This document shows positions 13,101 to 24,938 of a stretch of 60,822 bases of DNA, in pieces (within the stretch, counting starts at the first letter, position 1; each line of letters begins with the position of its first letter). The stretch covers positions 7,629-68,450 of the forward strand of contig PS015019.1 of NCBI GenBank assembly GCA_048213135.1, given 5' to 3'. The notes below the pieces were generated by a model. The model searched no databases. It worked only from the letters and a program-made list of their open reading frames with translations, and was not told the origin of the DNA. This DNA is from Reclinomonas americana ATCC 50394. Lineage: Eukaryota. The translations under genes and the position numbers were made by a program.

Positions 13101-16100
13101 CTGTGTGTGCCGGTAGAGCGCTGCGCCGACGACTTTTCTCTGTGCAAGGAGGGTGCGCTTGAGTTCTCGGAGATGTGCGCTCTGCGACAGGCGATCAAAC
13201 GCAAACGCCCAGTCACGTCGCGCCAGAAGAGTGACTGTCACTTGTCGCTCACCCCCTTTTTCTGTCTCGCAGTTCTCGGCCGTGTACCAGCAGCGGTGGG
13301 GCGAGCAGTCGCACCTCACGGTGCGCAGTGTGGTGAGACAGCACTCGTCCACCGATCTTCTCGATTCGATCTTGGAGTTCAAGTTGCACACCCGTCCCCT
13401 CCCAGTGTGGCCTCCCGTAGCTACTTCTCACGTGATCCTTTGTCGCAGTACCTATCGTCTGGTGGTATCGCCGCTGATGGTGCTGGTCAATGCCATGCCG
13501 TCGTGGATGGACGTGACGGTGATGGCGGGTTCACCGGCTGCTCAGCATGCAGTGTACGAGAGTGCCATCGACGGCGGAGCACGTGCCGAACTGTACAGTG
13601 CCGCTGAGCAGCCACTGTTCCTTCTGGCCACACCAACCACTGGCCGCTGGCACGTGACACATCACGGCGCATGCGTATTTGATCCGCAGGGCAACAGTCT
13701 CGATTCGCGCTACACCATTGTCGACCGAGCCGGGCGCCGACTGGACGTGCTGCTGGCATACGAAGATTCCTCCACGTCACTTGTGCCACTGTGCACGCTC
13801 TATGTGAGCCATTGGATTGTGACACGATGTGACCTGCCGCTCATTGTTACGCGTGGTGGTGGTGACTTGGCGGCCGGTCAAAACGACCCGATGCATGCCA
13901 CACCAGCGGGCTGCACTGAACCGACTGCGGTGATTCCCTTTTCGTTCCACGACGCGGCACTCGGACACACGATTGCCGTCAGTATCGATGGTGGCGACTC
14001 GTTTTCGTCGCCGTTCTCCATTGATGCCATCGGGTGCGTGCGAACGAGTGGCGGAGGCACGTGGGACTGGTGATTGACATGTTTTCCCTTGCGCACAGAA
14101 CCTCTGGAATGTTGGAGTGTGAGACACATGCGGCCAAGGTGCGAGTGTCGTGCTCGGTGACCATGGCCACTGGGCTGGTGAGTGGACGGAGGGAAGAGGG
14201 AAGGGGATGAGTGAGATGGTGTGTACTCATTGATTTGGCAGTTTACACGAACGCGCTTGGTGACGCTGCGCTCTGCACACGTACTTGTGAATCAATCGAG
14301 CGGCGTTGTGCAAGTGCGACAGCAGTTTGCCGAGGAGGTGACTTTTTCGACTCGCCGACTCCTGCTTGTGTTCCAGCTCTCATGTTCCATGCTTGCACGC
14401 AGCTGGTGGTCCTCGACGGCTCCTCCCCGCAGTGCGATTTGCAGTGGATGACAGATGAGCCCACGCACCAGCTGCTGCAGTGTCGGCTGGTGGTCGACGG
14501 AGCACCACCGTTTGACTGGTTCGCCAGCAGTGTGTGAGCATACCCCTGTCACACTATGAAGTCATTCATCATGTGTGCATCGCACAGGAGCACGCCGTTT
14601 GCTGTCGACCGCTCGTCGTCCGACTTTGTGCTCAAGTTCCGCTCGCTGGCCGGTGGCGGCTACGCCATGATGCGCGTGGTGATTTATGAGTCGGCCTCCA
14701 CCACATTCATCAGCTTTGTGGATTACGACGTCAACGAACTGCGGCCGGATCTCTTGATCGAGAATGACACGAGTTCGCGTCTCTTTATTGCCGAGGAGGT
14801 ACGTGTTCTTACATGCGACAAAGTGAGTGATGACGCTCACTCGCCGCCGCCGCAACTGGTAGGGTCCGGACGCGGTGTGGTCACTGCCGCCGCACTGTCG
14901 CTTGCCTTTCTGCTTCGACCCTTCGTCGCCATCGCACAAGCTCGGTGTGTCGCTGACCGACGATCGAGCAGAGGTGGATACAGACCAGGTGCCGCAATGT
15001 GTGCGCATTACTGGCAGTGACGGAGACCCGCAACCAGCTCAGGGCGCCGCCTATGCCATCATGCTGAACCGTGGCGGGCATCGTGTGCTGGTTGTCGAGA
15101 GACACCGACGAGCACCGGTGAGTCAGTCAGTCTGCTGAGCATTCATCCTCCCCTGTGTGCTGTCACTCATGTACTCTGTGCACGAGCAGTCGCTTGACGC
15201 CTTGGCCAATCGTGCTGCCGAGGAGGAGGTGGACTCGGATGTGTATGTGTCGAGTGTGGAGTTTGCCTGCTGCCTGCCGGTTCTGCGCGTGTCACTCGTG
15301 AACCAAGTACCTCAAGTTGCATTTGCTTGCATTGCTGTTCACGACACGTCACGTATGTATACTCACATCCGCACGACTGTCGCAGGAGGTGTTACTGCTG
15401 TCGGTCAAGTCGCCGGTGTTCCAGTGGTCGTCGTCACTGCGGGCGCAGAGTGCCGAGTTCTTTGTGGCCGACATTCAGATCGACAACATGCTGTACGACT
15501 GCATCCACCCGGTGGCGCTGCGACCGTGCGCGCACTCGCTTAACCCCAATCGGCCCGTAGTGCACGCTGCCCTTGTCCGCAACATGAAAGGTGCGCGTTG
15601 GGCGGCCAGTGACCGCAGCGTGTGCGTGGGTGATGTGCATCTCAAGTGTGCGTCGCAGAATCGACGAGCAACTCGCTGGCGTTGGATTACGTCGGCTGCT
15701 CGGTACAAGAGCTCGAAGTGCGCCTGGACGAGCGCCTGCTGAATGTGGCTCTGGAGACCATTGATGCGGTGGCCAAGTCGACAGGCGATGGTGGTGTCGA
15801 TGCGCGCCTCGCAGCCGCTGATGTCGCACACGGCATCGGCGATGTTGATCTGGCCAAGTTGCGCACATGCTTTGCTCGCTGAGCCATGGAGCGCAACACT
15901 GACTTTGGTGCGCTGCTTTGTGTGAACAGCACGTTGCTCCTCACACAGCGGTGCGGGCCACTCCCTCAGCGCCCACAACGATTGTTCATTCGCGAGATGG
16001 ACATTCAGCCGCTGGCGCTGTACTTGTCGTTTGCTGGCGACATTAGTCTCTCCAGTGCCTCGAATCCACTCATCTCGCTGGCGGGCAGTTTCTTCAAAAA

Positions 16101-17418
16101 CCTGCAGCGCTGTCACTTCAAGTTCACCGGCTGGCAGGCAACCGACATTCACGACACGGCACAGGGATTCTGGCAGCGCGTGCTGGCCAAGTACAAGGNN
16201 NNNNNNNNNNNNNNNNNNCATTGCACGGCGTCTGGACTATCAGCGAGCGCGGCCACGGCACATTGGTGAAGGACTGGCACAGGGTGGCATGAGTTTCGGC
16301 AGTGGACTGGTTCGTGAAGTGATGGGGGTGAGGAGGGGATTATTCGTCAAGGATTCGTCGACTCATTTCACCATTACTACGCAGGTTCACGGCATCAGCG
16401 GTGTGGTGGTGCGTTGTGCGATTGAAATGAGAAGAGAGGGGACGGGAAGGGGCTGTAGGAGACAGAAAGGGGTTCATGTTCATGCACTGCCTGCCTTTTC
16501 CTTGACTGTTCGCCTCAACGACACAGGTGGATCCGATTCGTGGAGCGCGGCGAGATGGTCCGCTCGGATTGCTGCGTGGAATTGGCACCGGATTGCTGGG
16601 CGGTTTGTTTACGCAGTTTTTCGTGTGAGTCGTGTGCTTCGGCTGACGTGCCATTCATATTTGCAGTGGTCGTCAAGCCAGTGGCGGGTGCCATTGACTT
16701 TGTGTCGAAGACCACCGAGGGCTTCGGCAATACCTTCACCATGGGTTCCCGGCGCGGCGACGAGGTGCGCCGCGAGCGCTATCCGCGCGGCTTTGATAAA
16801 TCGGGCGTGCTGCTGGTTGGTGGCTGCTGTGGATGACGCTTCTGGCGTAATTGTGCCGTGTTGCTGACCTCTGTTGTGTGTTTGGCAGCCGTACTCGGAC
16901 ATGATGGCCGAGGGGCGACTGATTCTGCAGTTTACGAGAGACGGCAAGTTCCGCGACGATGAGGTGAGACAGACTCACTGATATTTTGTCGCCTCCTTCC
17001 TGTCTCTCTCTCTCTCATGCCGCCATGTGCAGTATCTGTTCCACTGCGACTTTGCCAACTCCAATTCGTGGTTTGTGGTGACGGATCGTCGTCTGTTGCG
17101 TGTGCGCAAGGAAGACAACCACATGGAGGACGAGGATGAATTCAGCAGTTGCGGCTACTGCGCTTGTTTGTGGTCACTGATGTCTGTCGACTCACAGCCA
17201 CGGTCGCAGATGTGTCCAACATTAGTGTGCTCGGTGATACGCTGACGCTGGCCTTGCGCAACCCGTACACCACCGGCCCGCTGCAGTATCCGCACTTTGA
17301 GCGTCGCATCTTGCTGCATGCGTCGTCGGAGGCCGACGAGGAGGGCATGTTGCTGTTTGTGGAGACCCTGCTGCGTGCCTTTGGTCATTTCGTGCGCATG
17401 ACACGCGGTGGTCGGTGA
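5129..17418 (+). CDS. VPS13: VPS13 lipid-transfer protein, central to C-terminal region, multi-exon with gaps
   Basis: PH-like segment (IWHRRYCAL...ERQRWLSAL); FNTRVEAWEPFIETW; VAB/SHR-BD-like repeats (IVELKSPIEVYNAT, LYVSHWIVTRCDLPL, FSSPFSIDAIG, LLIENDT); IQIDNML; ATG2-C-like region (GEGLAQGG...DPIRGARRDGPLGLLRGIGTGLLG, KPVAGAIDFVSKTTEG); stop at 17416-17418. Confidence 0.92.
10142..10188. repeat. (GA)n microsatellite in a VPS13 intron
   Basis: Direct inspection. Confidence 0.95.
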
Positions 17419-17485
17419 GGTTCTTATTTGTTTAATGCGCTGTAAATGATTGTGTGTATATTTGCCACACCCCACTGCTGCACTG

Positions 17486-20400
17486 TCACTCGGCCTCCTC
17501 GCCCTCCACGATACTCTGCTCCTGTGTGGGCTTCTCGGCCGGCGCAGCCATCTTCACCTCTTGCTGCTCGCCCTTGCCAGTGGCCTCGTCGTAGTGCCAA
17601 GTGACAATCCGATCACGGTAGTCGTCAAAGTTGTCGGGAGTGAGGATGACCAGCTCGCGCTTGGTCACCCGACGCTGCGAGTAGGGGCATGTATTCTTCG
17701 GCTCCGAGTGCATCAGCACGCTCAACCACGTGTCGTAACTGCGTGACAAATGAGCACGCGCGGAGAAGGAAGAAAAAAGATATGAGACACCAGCGGCAAC
17801 GCAACCCCATAACAAAGCCCTGCGGGGAGAGCGCCGGCTTCACCACCGGGTCGAGTGTGATGGGGTCCAGGAATCCTTCGCAGAATGCACGCCACGCTGC
17901 ACTGCCCAATGTGGTCATATACGAGTCGATAACCGGCATCTGTCCAGGGGCCGACAACATCGACCCAGAGACACGCTTGTGAGGTCGGTACGCGGCATCC
18001 GAGTCGGAGCTGCCATGCCAGAAGGGGGCGGGATGAGACCAACAACGGGAGTAGAAAGGAGTGGTGGGACACAACGCACCCGTCCGAGTTCTCCGAGGAC
18101 ACATCGTCTGCNNNNNNNNNNNNNNNNNNNNNNNNNNNNNNNNNNNNNNNNNNNNNNNNNNNNNNNNNNNNNNNNNNNNNNNNNNNNNNNNNNNNNNNNN
18201 NNNNNNNNNNNNNNNNNNNNNNNNNNNNNNNNNNNNNNNNNNNNNNNNNNNNNNNNNNNNNNNNNNNNNNNNNNNNNNNNNNNNNNNNNNNNNNNNNNNN
18301 NNNNNNNNNNNNNNNNNNNNNNNNNNNNNNNNNNNNNNNNNNNNNNNNNNNNNNNNNNNNNNNNNNNNNNNNNNNNNNNNNNNNNNNNNNNNNNNNNNNN
18401 NNNNNNNNNNNNNNNNNNNNNNNNNNNNNNNNNNNNNNNNNNNNNNNNNNNNNNNNNNNNNNNNNNNNNNNNNNNNNNNNNNNNNNNNNNNNNNNNNNNN
18501 NNNNNNNNNNNNNNNNNNNNNNNNNNNNNNNNNNNNNNNNNNNNNNNNNNNNNNNNNNNNNNNNNNNNNNNNNNNNNNNNNNNNNNNNNNNNNNNNNNNN
18601 NNNNNNNNNNNNNNNNNNNNNNNNNNNNNNNNNNNNNNNNNNNNNNNNNNNNNNNNNNNNNNNNNNNNNNNNNNNNNNNNNNNNNNNNNNNNNNNNNNNN
18701 NNNNNNNNNNNNNNNNNNNNNNNNNNNNNNNNNNNNNNNNNNNNNNNNNNNNNNNNNNNNNNNNNNNNNNNNNNNNNNNNNNNNNNNNNNNNNNNNNNNN
18801 NNNNNNNNNNNNNNNNNNNNNNNNNNNNNNNNNNNNNNNNNNNNNNNNNNNNNNNNNNNNNNNNNNNNNNNNNNNNNNNNNNNNNNNNNNNNNNNNNNNN
18901 NNNNNNNNNNNNNNNNNNNNNNNNNNNNNNNNNNNNNNNNNNNNNNNNNNNNNNNNNNNNNNNNNNNNNNNNNNNNNNNNNNNNNNNNNNNNNNNNNNNN
19001 NNNNNNNNNNNNNATAAATGGTGTCCTCGTCGTCGGCTGCGCGACGGCGGCGGCGACGCTTCGTCTTTGGCTGTCCGCTCTCTGTGCACCAGACAGAATG
19101 TGTGAGCGTGTGTGACAGACATTACGTTCGCGGGTGACAGCTCCGCAACTGGGAGTGCGAGTCGCCGCGGCTTTGCGACGGCGTTTGGCACCCTTTTCTC
19201 CATCGCCTGCGCTGGCCGGCGAGCTGCTGACCATGCTCGACGGCGTCTGCAGGAACGACTGCGACGTAAATGTACCCATGGGCGGTGNNNNNNNNNNNNN
19301 NNNNNNNNNNNNNNNNNNNNNNNNNNNNNNNNNNNNNNNNNNNNNNNNNNNNNNNNNNNNNNNNNNNNNNNNNNNNNNNNNNNNNNNNNNNNNNNNNNNN
19401 NNNNNNNNNNNNNNNNNNNNNNNNNNNNNNNNNNNNNNNNNNNNNNNNNNNNNNNNNNNNNNNNNNNNNNNNNNNNNNNNNNNNNNNNNNNNNNNNNNNN
19501 NNNNNNNNNNNNNNNNNNNNNNNNNNNNNNNNNNNNNNNNNNNNNNNNNNNNNNNNNNNNNNNNNNNNNNNNNNNNNNNNNNNNNNNNNNNNNNNNNNNN
19601 NNNNNNNNNNNNNNNNNNNNNNNNNNNNNNNNNNNNNNNNNNNNNNNNNNNNNNNNNNNNNNNNNNNNNNNNNNNNNNNNNNNNNNNNNNNNNNNNNNNN
19701 NNNNNNNNNNNNNNNNNNNNNNNNNNNNNNNNNNNNNNNNNNNNNNNNNNNNNNNNNNNNNNNNNNNNNNNNNNNNNNNNNNNNNNNNNNNNNNNNNNNN
19801 NNNNNNNNNNNNNNNNNNNNNNNNNNNNNNNNNNNNNNNNNNNNNNNNNNNNNNNNNNNNCTGCTGCCGACAGCGGTGTGCCCGGCACCCCCACAGAGCC
19901 CGGCGTCAGCGGCGTCAGTGGCATGATCGACGAAGCGCCGCCTGTCGGCAGCGCCGGCAGCGACGACACCGACATGGTCGCATTCATGGGCGAACCGAAT
20001 CCTCCAGCCGCAGCCGCCGCCGACAGCGACGCCATCATGCTAGCAGGCGGAATGGACGTCACACCAGTGTGGAGTGGCGCCGACACGTAACGCGGCGGGC
20101 TGCCCGGCTGGTTGCGGGGCGTCGGCGGCTCAGATCCGCCACCACCACCGCCACCACCCCCGCCGCGTTCGTCGTCATCCAACTCACCCGAGGCACGCTT
20201 GCGTCCGCGACGAACGGCCGGTGTGACCGCCTTGGTGGGCGGCGGTCGCATCAGTGTGGCCACATGCGCATCCGAGTGGCTCTTGCGGCGGAACACCAGT
20301 TTGCCGCGGTGGTCGAAGAAGTAGTTGTCGTCCTTGATGTGACCTGAACGCACGAGAGAGCTGCGAGCAAAGTGAGTGAGCGAGGTCGATGACAAGTGGT

Positions 20401-21635
20401 GGTGCTCGACGCACCGATAAAAGTTGGAGCACTGGTAACCGACGCGAGTGGGAATGCCGAGCGAGAAAATGCCCCACTTTTCGTTGACGGGGTACTCTTG
20501 CATGCGCTTGAAGAACGCCGCTTGCTCCTCCTGTGAGAGAAATTTTAGCAACACACCCGATCACTCGCGANNNNNNNNNNNNNNNNNNNNNNNNNNNNNN
20601 NNNNNNNNNNNNNNNNNNNNNNNNNNNNNNNNNNNNNNNNNNNNNNNNNNNNNNNNNNNNNNNNNNNNNNNNNNNNNNNNNNNNNNNNNNNNNNNNNNNN
20701 NNNNNNNNNNNNNNNNNNNNNNNNNNNNNNNNNNNNNNNNNNNNNNNNNNNNNNNNNNNNNNNNNNNNNNNNNNNNNNNNNNNNNNNGGGAGAGTGAGAA
20801 GGGAGAGGGGAGGGAGAGGGAGAGGGCTTCGATACTCTCTCAAGAAGGGGAAGAAAACGATGCAGCGATTGGCTTTCTCTCAGCATGTGAAGGGAGAAAG
20901 AGAGATTGCTCAGCGGGACGATTCAGCGACGGTGTGAGCGTCTACCTCTCACACACAGGGATGGAACAGGAAGAGGCAGAGAAGCAATCCTGCGGCAAGT
21001 GTCATTCTCTCAAAAGCCCTTCATATCTCTCTTCTCTTACATGACGGAAGAGGAAGAATGGGAGGATAGCAGGAGGTACATACATCCTGCAGTGAGTGCA
21101 CCTATCAAACAAGACCTCTTCTTCTCGTCTCCGTTCTCTCCTTATTGTTTTCTTGTTGCTCTTTTTCTACTTCCCCATCTCTCTCCCTTCTCTTGCAGAG
21201 ATGCAAGTGGAAGAAGGAGAACGAGACAGAAAGCACGGAAGACTCTGCAGCGAGTGTCATTCTCTCTCCTGTTCTTCTTCTTCTCGGTCATCTCTCCTTT
21301 CGCATACGAAACAGCGCATTCTCCAACTCATCCGGGAACCAGCAGCTGCCTCGTCGCGGAACCAGCGGCTGCTCACTGCCCATTCCGTTGATCGCAACAG
21401 CAGCGGCCGCGGATGCCAAAGCCGCCGATGAAGACGAAGAGTCGCCGACATAAAGCTGAAATCAATGCAACAAATCAGTGAGAGAGTGAGAGTGTGAGAG
21501 AGTGAGAGAGTGAGTGTGAGAAAGAGAGAGAGAGTGTGTGTGTGAGGGTGAGTGTGAGTGAGTGAGAGAGTGTGAATGTGGCATGAGACACAGAACTGCG
21601 CTCAGCAGTGCAGTATGCAACACAGGTGTGAGAGT

Positions 21636-21686
<51 letters not shown>

Positions 21687-21751
21687 CGATAGTGTAGTAG
21701 AGAGAGNNNNNNNNNNNNNNNNNNNNNNNNNNNNNNNNNNNNNGTGAGAGT

Positions 21752-21801
<50 letters not shown>

Positions 21802-21917
21802 GTGCATGAGTGTGAGAGAGCAAGTGCATGCGACCATATCTCTCTTCACACTCATTTCGCATGCACTCTTCGCTGCTCACTTACCGAGGGCATCACACTG
21901 GGATACGACACCGCCAT
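17486..21917 (-). CDS. Myb/SANT-like domain protein with C-terminal U-box-like domain, multi-exon with gaps
   Basis: Exon 21885-21917 (MAVSYPSVMPS|GTAAGT) splices in phase to exon 21308-21455 (...CWFPDELENALF). Later exons: EEQAAFFKRMQEYPVNEKWGIFSLGIPTRVGYQCSNFYR|SLVRSGHIKDDNY (Myb-like), then GFLDPITLDPVVKPALSPQGFVMG|YDTW...KNTCPYSQRRVTKRELVILT (U-box-like). Confidence 0.75.
21478..21800. repeat. GA/GT mixed and (CA)n microsatellites in intron 1 of the Myb-like gene
   Basis: Direct inspection. Confidence 0.9.
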
Positions 21918-22258
21918 TGCGTTGCAGACGAGCTGGCGATCTCGAGTGTAAGGAGTGAGTTTGCATTTCACAGGACACGCTGATAATGTTCCGATTTGTG
22001 CCTGCCACTGCAGCTGCAACAGTAGCAGCTTGTGTGTAGACGCTCATGTATGCAGTAGTGTGCATTCAACTCGGCGAAGACGGTTCAACTTCGCGCTCGT
22101 TGAACGTCGACATCAATCAATGGCACTTCACTGGGCTTGCAAAGCTGCTGGAGCTGTGTAGTCGTGCTTGCACGACACATGCCATGCGATAGAAACACGC
22201 CTATACCTGGCCTGAGACATACACTTGAGAGGACACCGGATCCTCGATCGACTCAACG

Positions 22259-23547
22259 ATGCACGACGAGGAGGAGGAAGACCACGCGCACCATGAGGTA
22301 CCCGCGATGCACCAGCTGTTGCCTTTACCACCACAGCAACAGCAGCAGCAACAGCAACAGCAACAGCAGTCGTCGACAATGTGGACTCCTCGCGTGCTCA
22401 GTCTGATCGCCTGGACAGCTCCTGCCGGCGTGCTCACGCGCATGCTGCTGACGTCGTCGGTGCTGCAGCTGCACGGGAGCAGTGGTGACAGAGACATGTT
22501 TCACGTGACGCTGCTGCCCAACATGGGTTCGTGTCATCATTGCTGCTGCTGATCGCCACCAGCAGCTATTCTTCCGACCATCGCTCGCTTGCAGTCGGCT
22601 GTCTGTTCATGGGCGTGCTGTTTGCGCTGCGTGAGTCGCTTCTCTTGCAATCGCCGCATTTGCTGGTGGCGCTCAGCAGTGGGTTTTGTGGCTCACTGAC
22701 GACGTTTTCGGGGTGGATGGAGCTGGTGGCACGCGATCTCGATGCTGACGTGTATGCGGCTGCGTGGAAGCTGGCGAGTGGGATGGCGCTGGCCTACGGG
22801 TGCTTTGTGGTGGGCGAGCAGTGCGTACGGGCGTCGCCGGCGGCGAGTGCCTTTATCGGTCGCTCCCTGCAGCGGGTGACCTCGGTGGCGGCGCCGTTCA
22901 GGGAATCGCCGAGTTTCGTGTGCCACAGTCGCTGCCGACCCGTGTGCTGCTCACTTTGCAGGCAGGAGTGGTGCAGTGGATTGTCGTGGTGGTGGCCGGC
23001 TTGGTGCCTCTGTGTCTCTTTGCCATGCTCGCCGCATTCGAGATGCGCTTTCGCGTGGAGGTGCGTACTGCAAGTAGGAGTATCACTCTGCGCTACGGTT
23101 GCCAACCAGCTCTCCCCCGCAGTGGTGGTCTTCTCTCATCGCACCCACTGGCGCCTCTCTTCGCTTCTTCCTGGCCACGTACAACTCTCGGTATCCGCGC
23201 TTTCCGCTCTTCACGTGGACTGCCAACACCGTGGCGTGTCTGTGCACCGGCGCCGTACGCGTGGCTCTCACACACCTGCCCGCCTCCTCCCCCGCGCCGT
23301 TGCGTGCTCCGACCATGCATCGGCACGCTGGCGTGTCTCCCTTGCTCATCGCAGGCGCTGCAGGTGTCCGCTCTCCACCGCCGTGGTGACAGCGCTGCTG
23401 GTGGGCTTTTGCGGCTCACTGTCGACAGTGTCGACACTAATTGCCGAGCTGCACACACTGCCGTTTTGGCTGGCACTGTGGTACGCCACGGCGTCGGTGG
23501 TAATCGGCGTCGGCCTCATTGCATCCCTCGAAGCGCCGCTGACGTGA
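22259..23547 (+). CDS. FEX: FEX-type fluoride exporter (two fused Fluc/CrcB domains), 5 exons
   Basis: Two Fluc motif sets: GVLTR...PNMVGCLFMG...GFCGSLTTFSGW and GASLRF...FPLFTWTANTVAC...GFCGSLSTVST. Start codon is tentative; polyQ N-terminus. Confidence 0.9.
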
Positions 23548-23639
23548 ACAAAAACCCGAGTGGAGGGCTGGCGCTGATCTGCTCGAATCACACGATGCTG
23601 GTATGTGTGTATGGCAGGGCCGCGCTCAGTCTTACGCAG

Positions 23640-24370
23640 TTGAAGGCGCTGTGGATCGATGGATGGGCAGGAGAAGAAGTTGCAGACACCGATACGGATA
23701 GCAGCATTCACAACACAGTGGACGATGATCTCCTCGAGTTTCTGCGGCGTACCTGGACTGCACGATGGGCTGGAGGAGTGGACGACGCAGTGGGTCGATC
23801 GACAGGAAGACGTTGCAGGTTCTGGATGGCAGGGCTGTGCCCGGTCTCCTCGAGTTCGAACGAGGCGGTGGACGGCTTGCGAGTCGATGGGCAGGAGGAG
23901 AAGCTGCAGATGTCGGGCTGTGCCAGAGGCAGTGGACGAAGATGTCAAGCGACTGACGACGGAGAATTGCAGACTTAACGCTTCGTGGAAGGCAGGGCTG
24001 TGCCTGATCTCCTCGAGTTTCAACGGCGTACTGGACTGCATTGTGCGTCGATGGTCGACGGCGAAGATGCAGGTGTCGGCGCAGGGCAGACCTATGCCCG
24101 AGACAGTGGACGACGCAGTGGGTCGATGTGCAGAAGAAGTGCAGGTTCTGGATGGCAGGGCTGTGCCTGATCTCCTCGAGTTCGAACGAGGTTGTGGACG
24201 GCTTGCGAGTCGATGGGCAGGAGGAGAAGCTGCAGATGTCGGGCTATGTCCGATCGCGAGGCTGCGGACGAAGTTGTCAAGCGACTGACGACAGAGAATT
24301 GCAGACTTAACGCTTCGTGGAAGGCAGGGCTGTGCCTGATATCCTCGAGTTTCAACGGCGTGCTGGACGA
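23640..24370 (-). pseudogene. Degenerate repeat region (about 330-bp unit x2 plus partial copies), possibly a decayed leucine-rich-repeat coding relic
   Basis: About 23775-24035 and 24105-24368 are diverged copies. The sub-motif (c/a)tcctcgagtt recurs five times. Minus-strand fragments LEEI, RLT...IARH and FSSCPS/IDSQAVHNLV occur in shifting frames. Confidence 0.4.
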
Positions 24371-24595
24371 CACTGTGGGCCGATCAACGGGTGGGATACT
24401 GATGGTCGAAGGTCGAAGGCAATCTCTGTCGAGGTCGGAACTGTTTCAAGGGCTCCTCCTGCGACCAATGAACGACTCTTTCCCGACCAATCAACGAAAG
24501 GCGAGCTTGCAATTAGCAAAAAACGCTTCCACGCGACTCATCAGCGCAAACAAGTACGACTTCACGCCAACAGGACACACTTTTCACACTTTATC

Positions 24596-24824
24596 ATGTC
24601 ACTGACGGGCATTCCTCTCTCCTCCACGGTCACTTCGCACTTTGCGGCCGCGCGCTCTGGCAACGGCGCCCTGCTCGTGCAGTTGCAGATCACTGAGCAG
24701 CCTTCGGGGGCGGATGATGACCAGCAGGGAGTGGCTGTGCGTGTGGTGCGCGCTCTCAATGGAGAAGGCGAGCTGGCAGAGGCGTGTACCACTGCGCGAG
24801 GAGTCGTGGCGGAGGCACCGGGTG

Positions 24825-24862
<38 letters not shown>

Positions 24863-24895
24863 CTGACACACACACTGACACACACACACACACAC

Positions 24896-24938
<43 letters not shown>

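Noticed and set aside
5129-17418. Stop-codon reassignment or non-canonical introns, suggested by the many short broken ORFs
   Set aside because: Every frame break I traced in VPS13, CDC23, ECHS1, twinfilin, FEX and the RGS gene resolves with a phase-compatible GT-AG intron under the standard code.
20985-21265. Two CxxCH (haem c-binding-like) motifs, CGKCH and CSECH
   Set aside because: They arise from a short duplicated DNA motif within an intron of the opposite-strand gene, with no cytochrome-like ORF or signal peptide.
23640-24370. CRISPR-like repeat-spacer array (also considered for 34410-34938)
   Set aside because: Repeats are diverged, intervening segments are homologous to each other rather than unique, spacing is irregular, and there are no cas-like genes.
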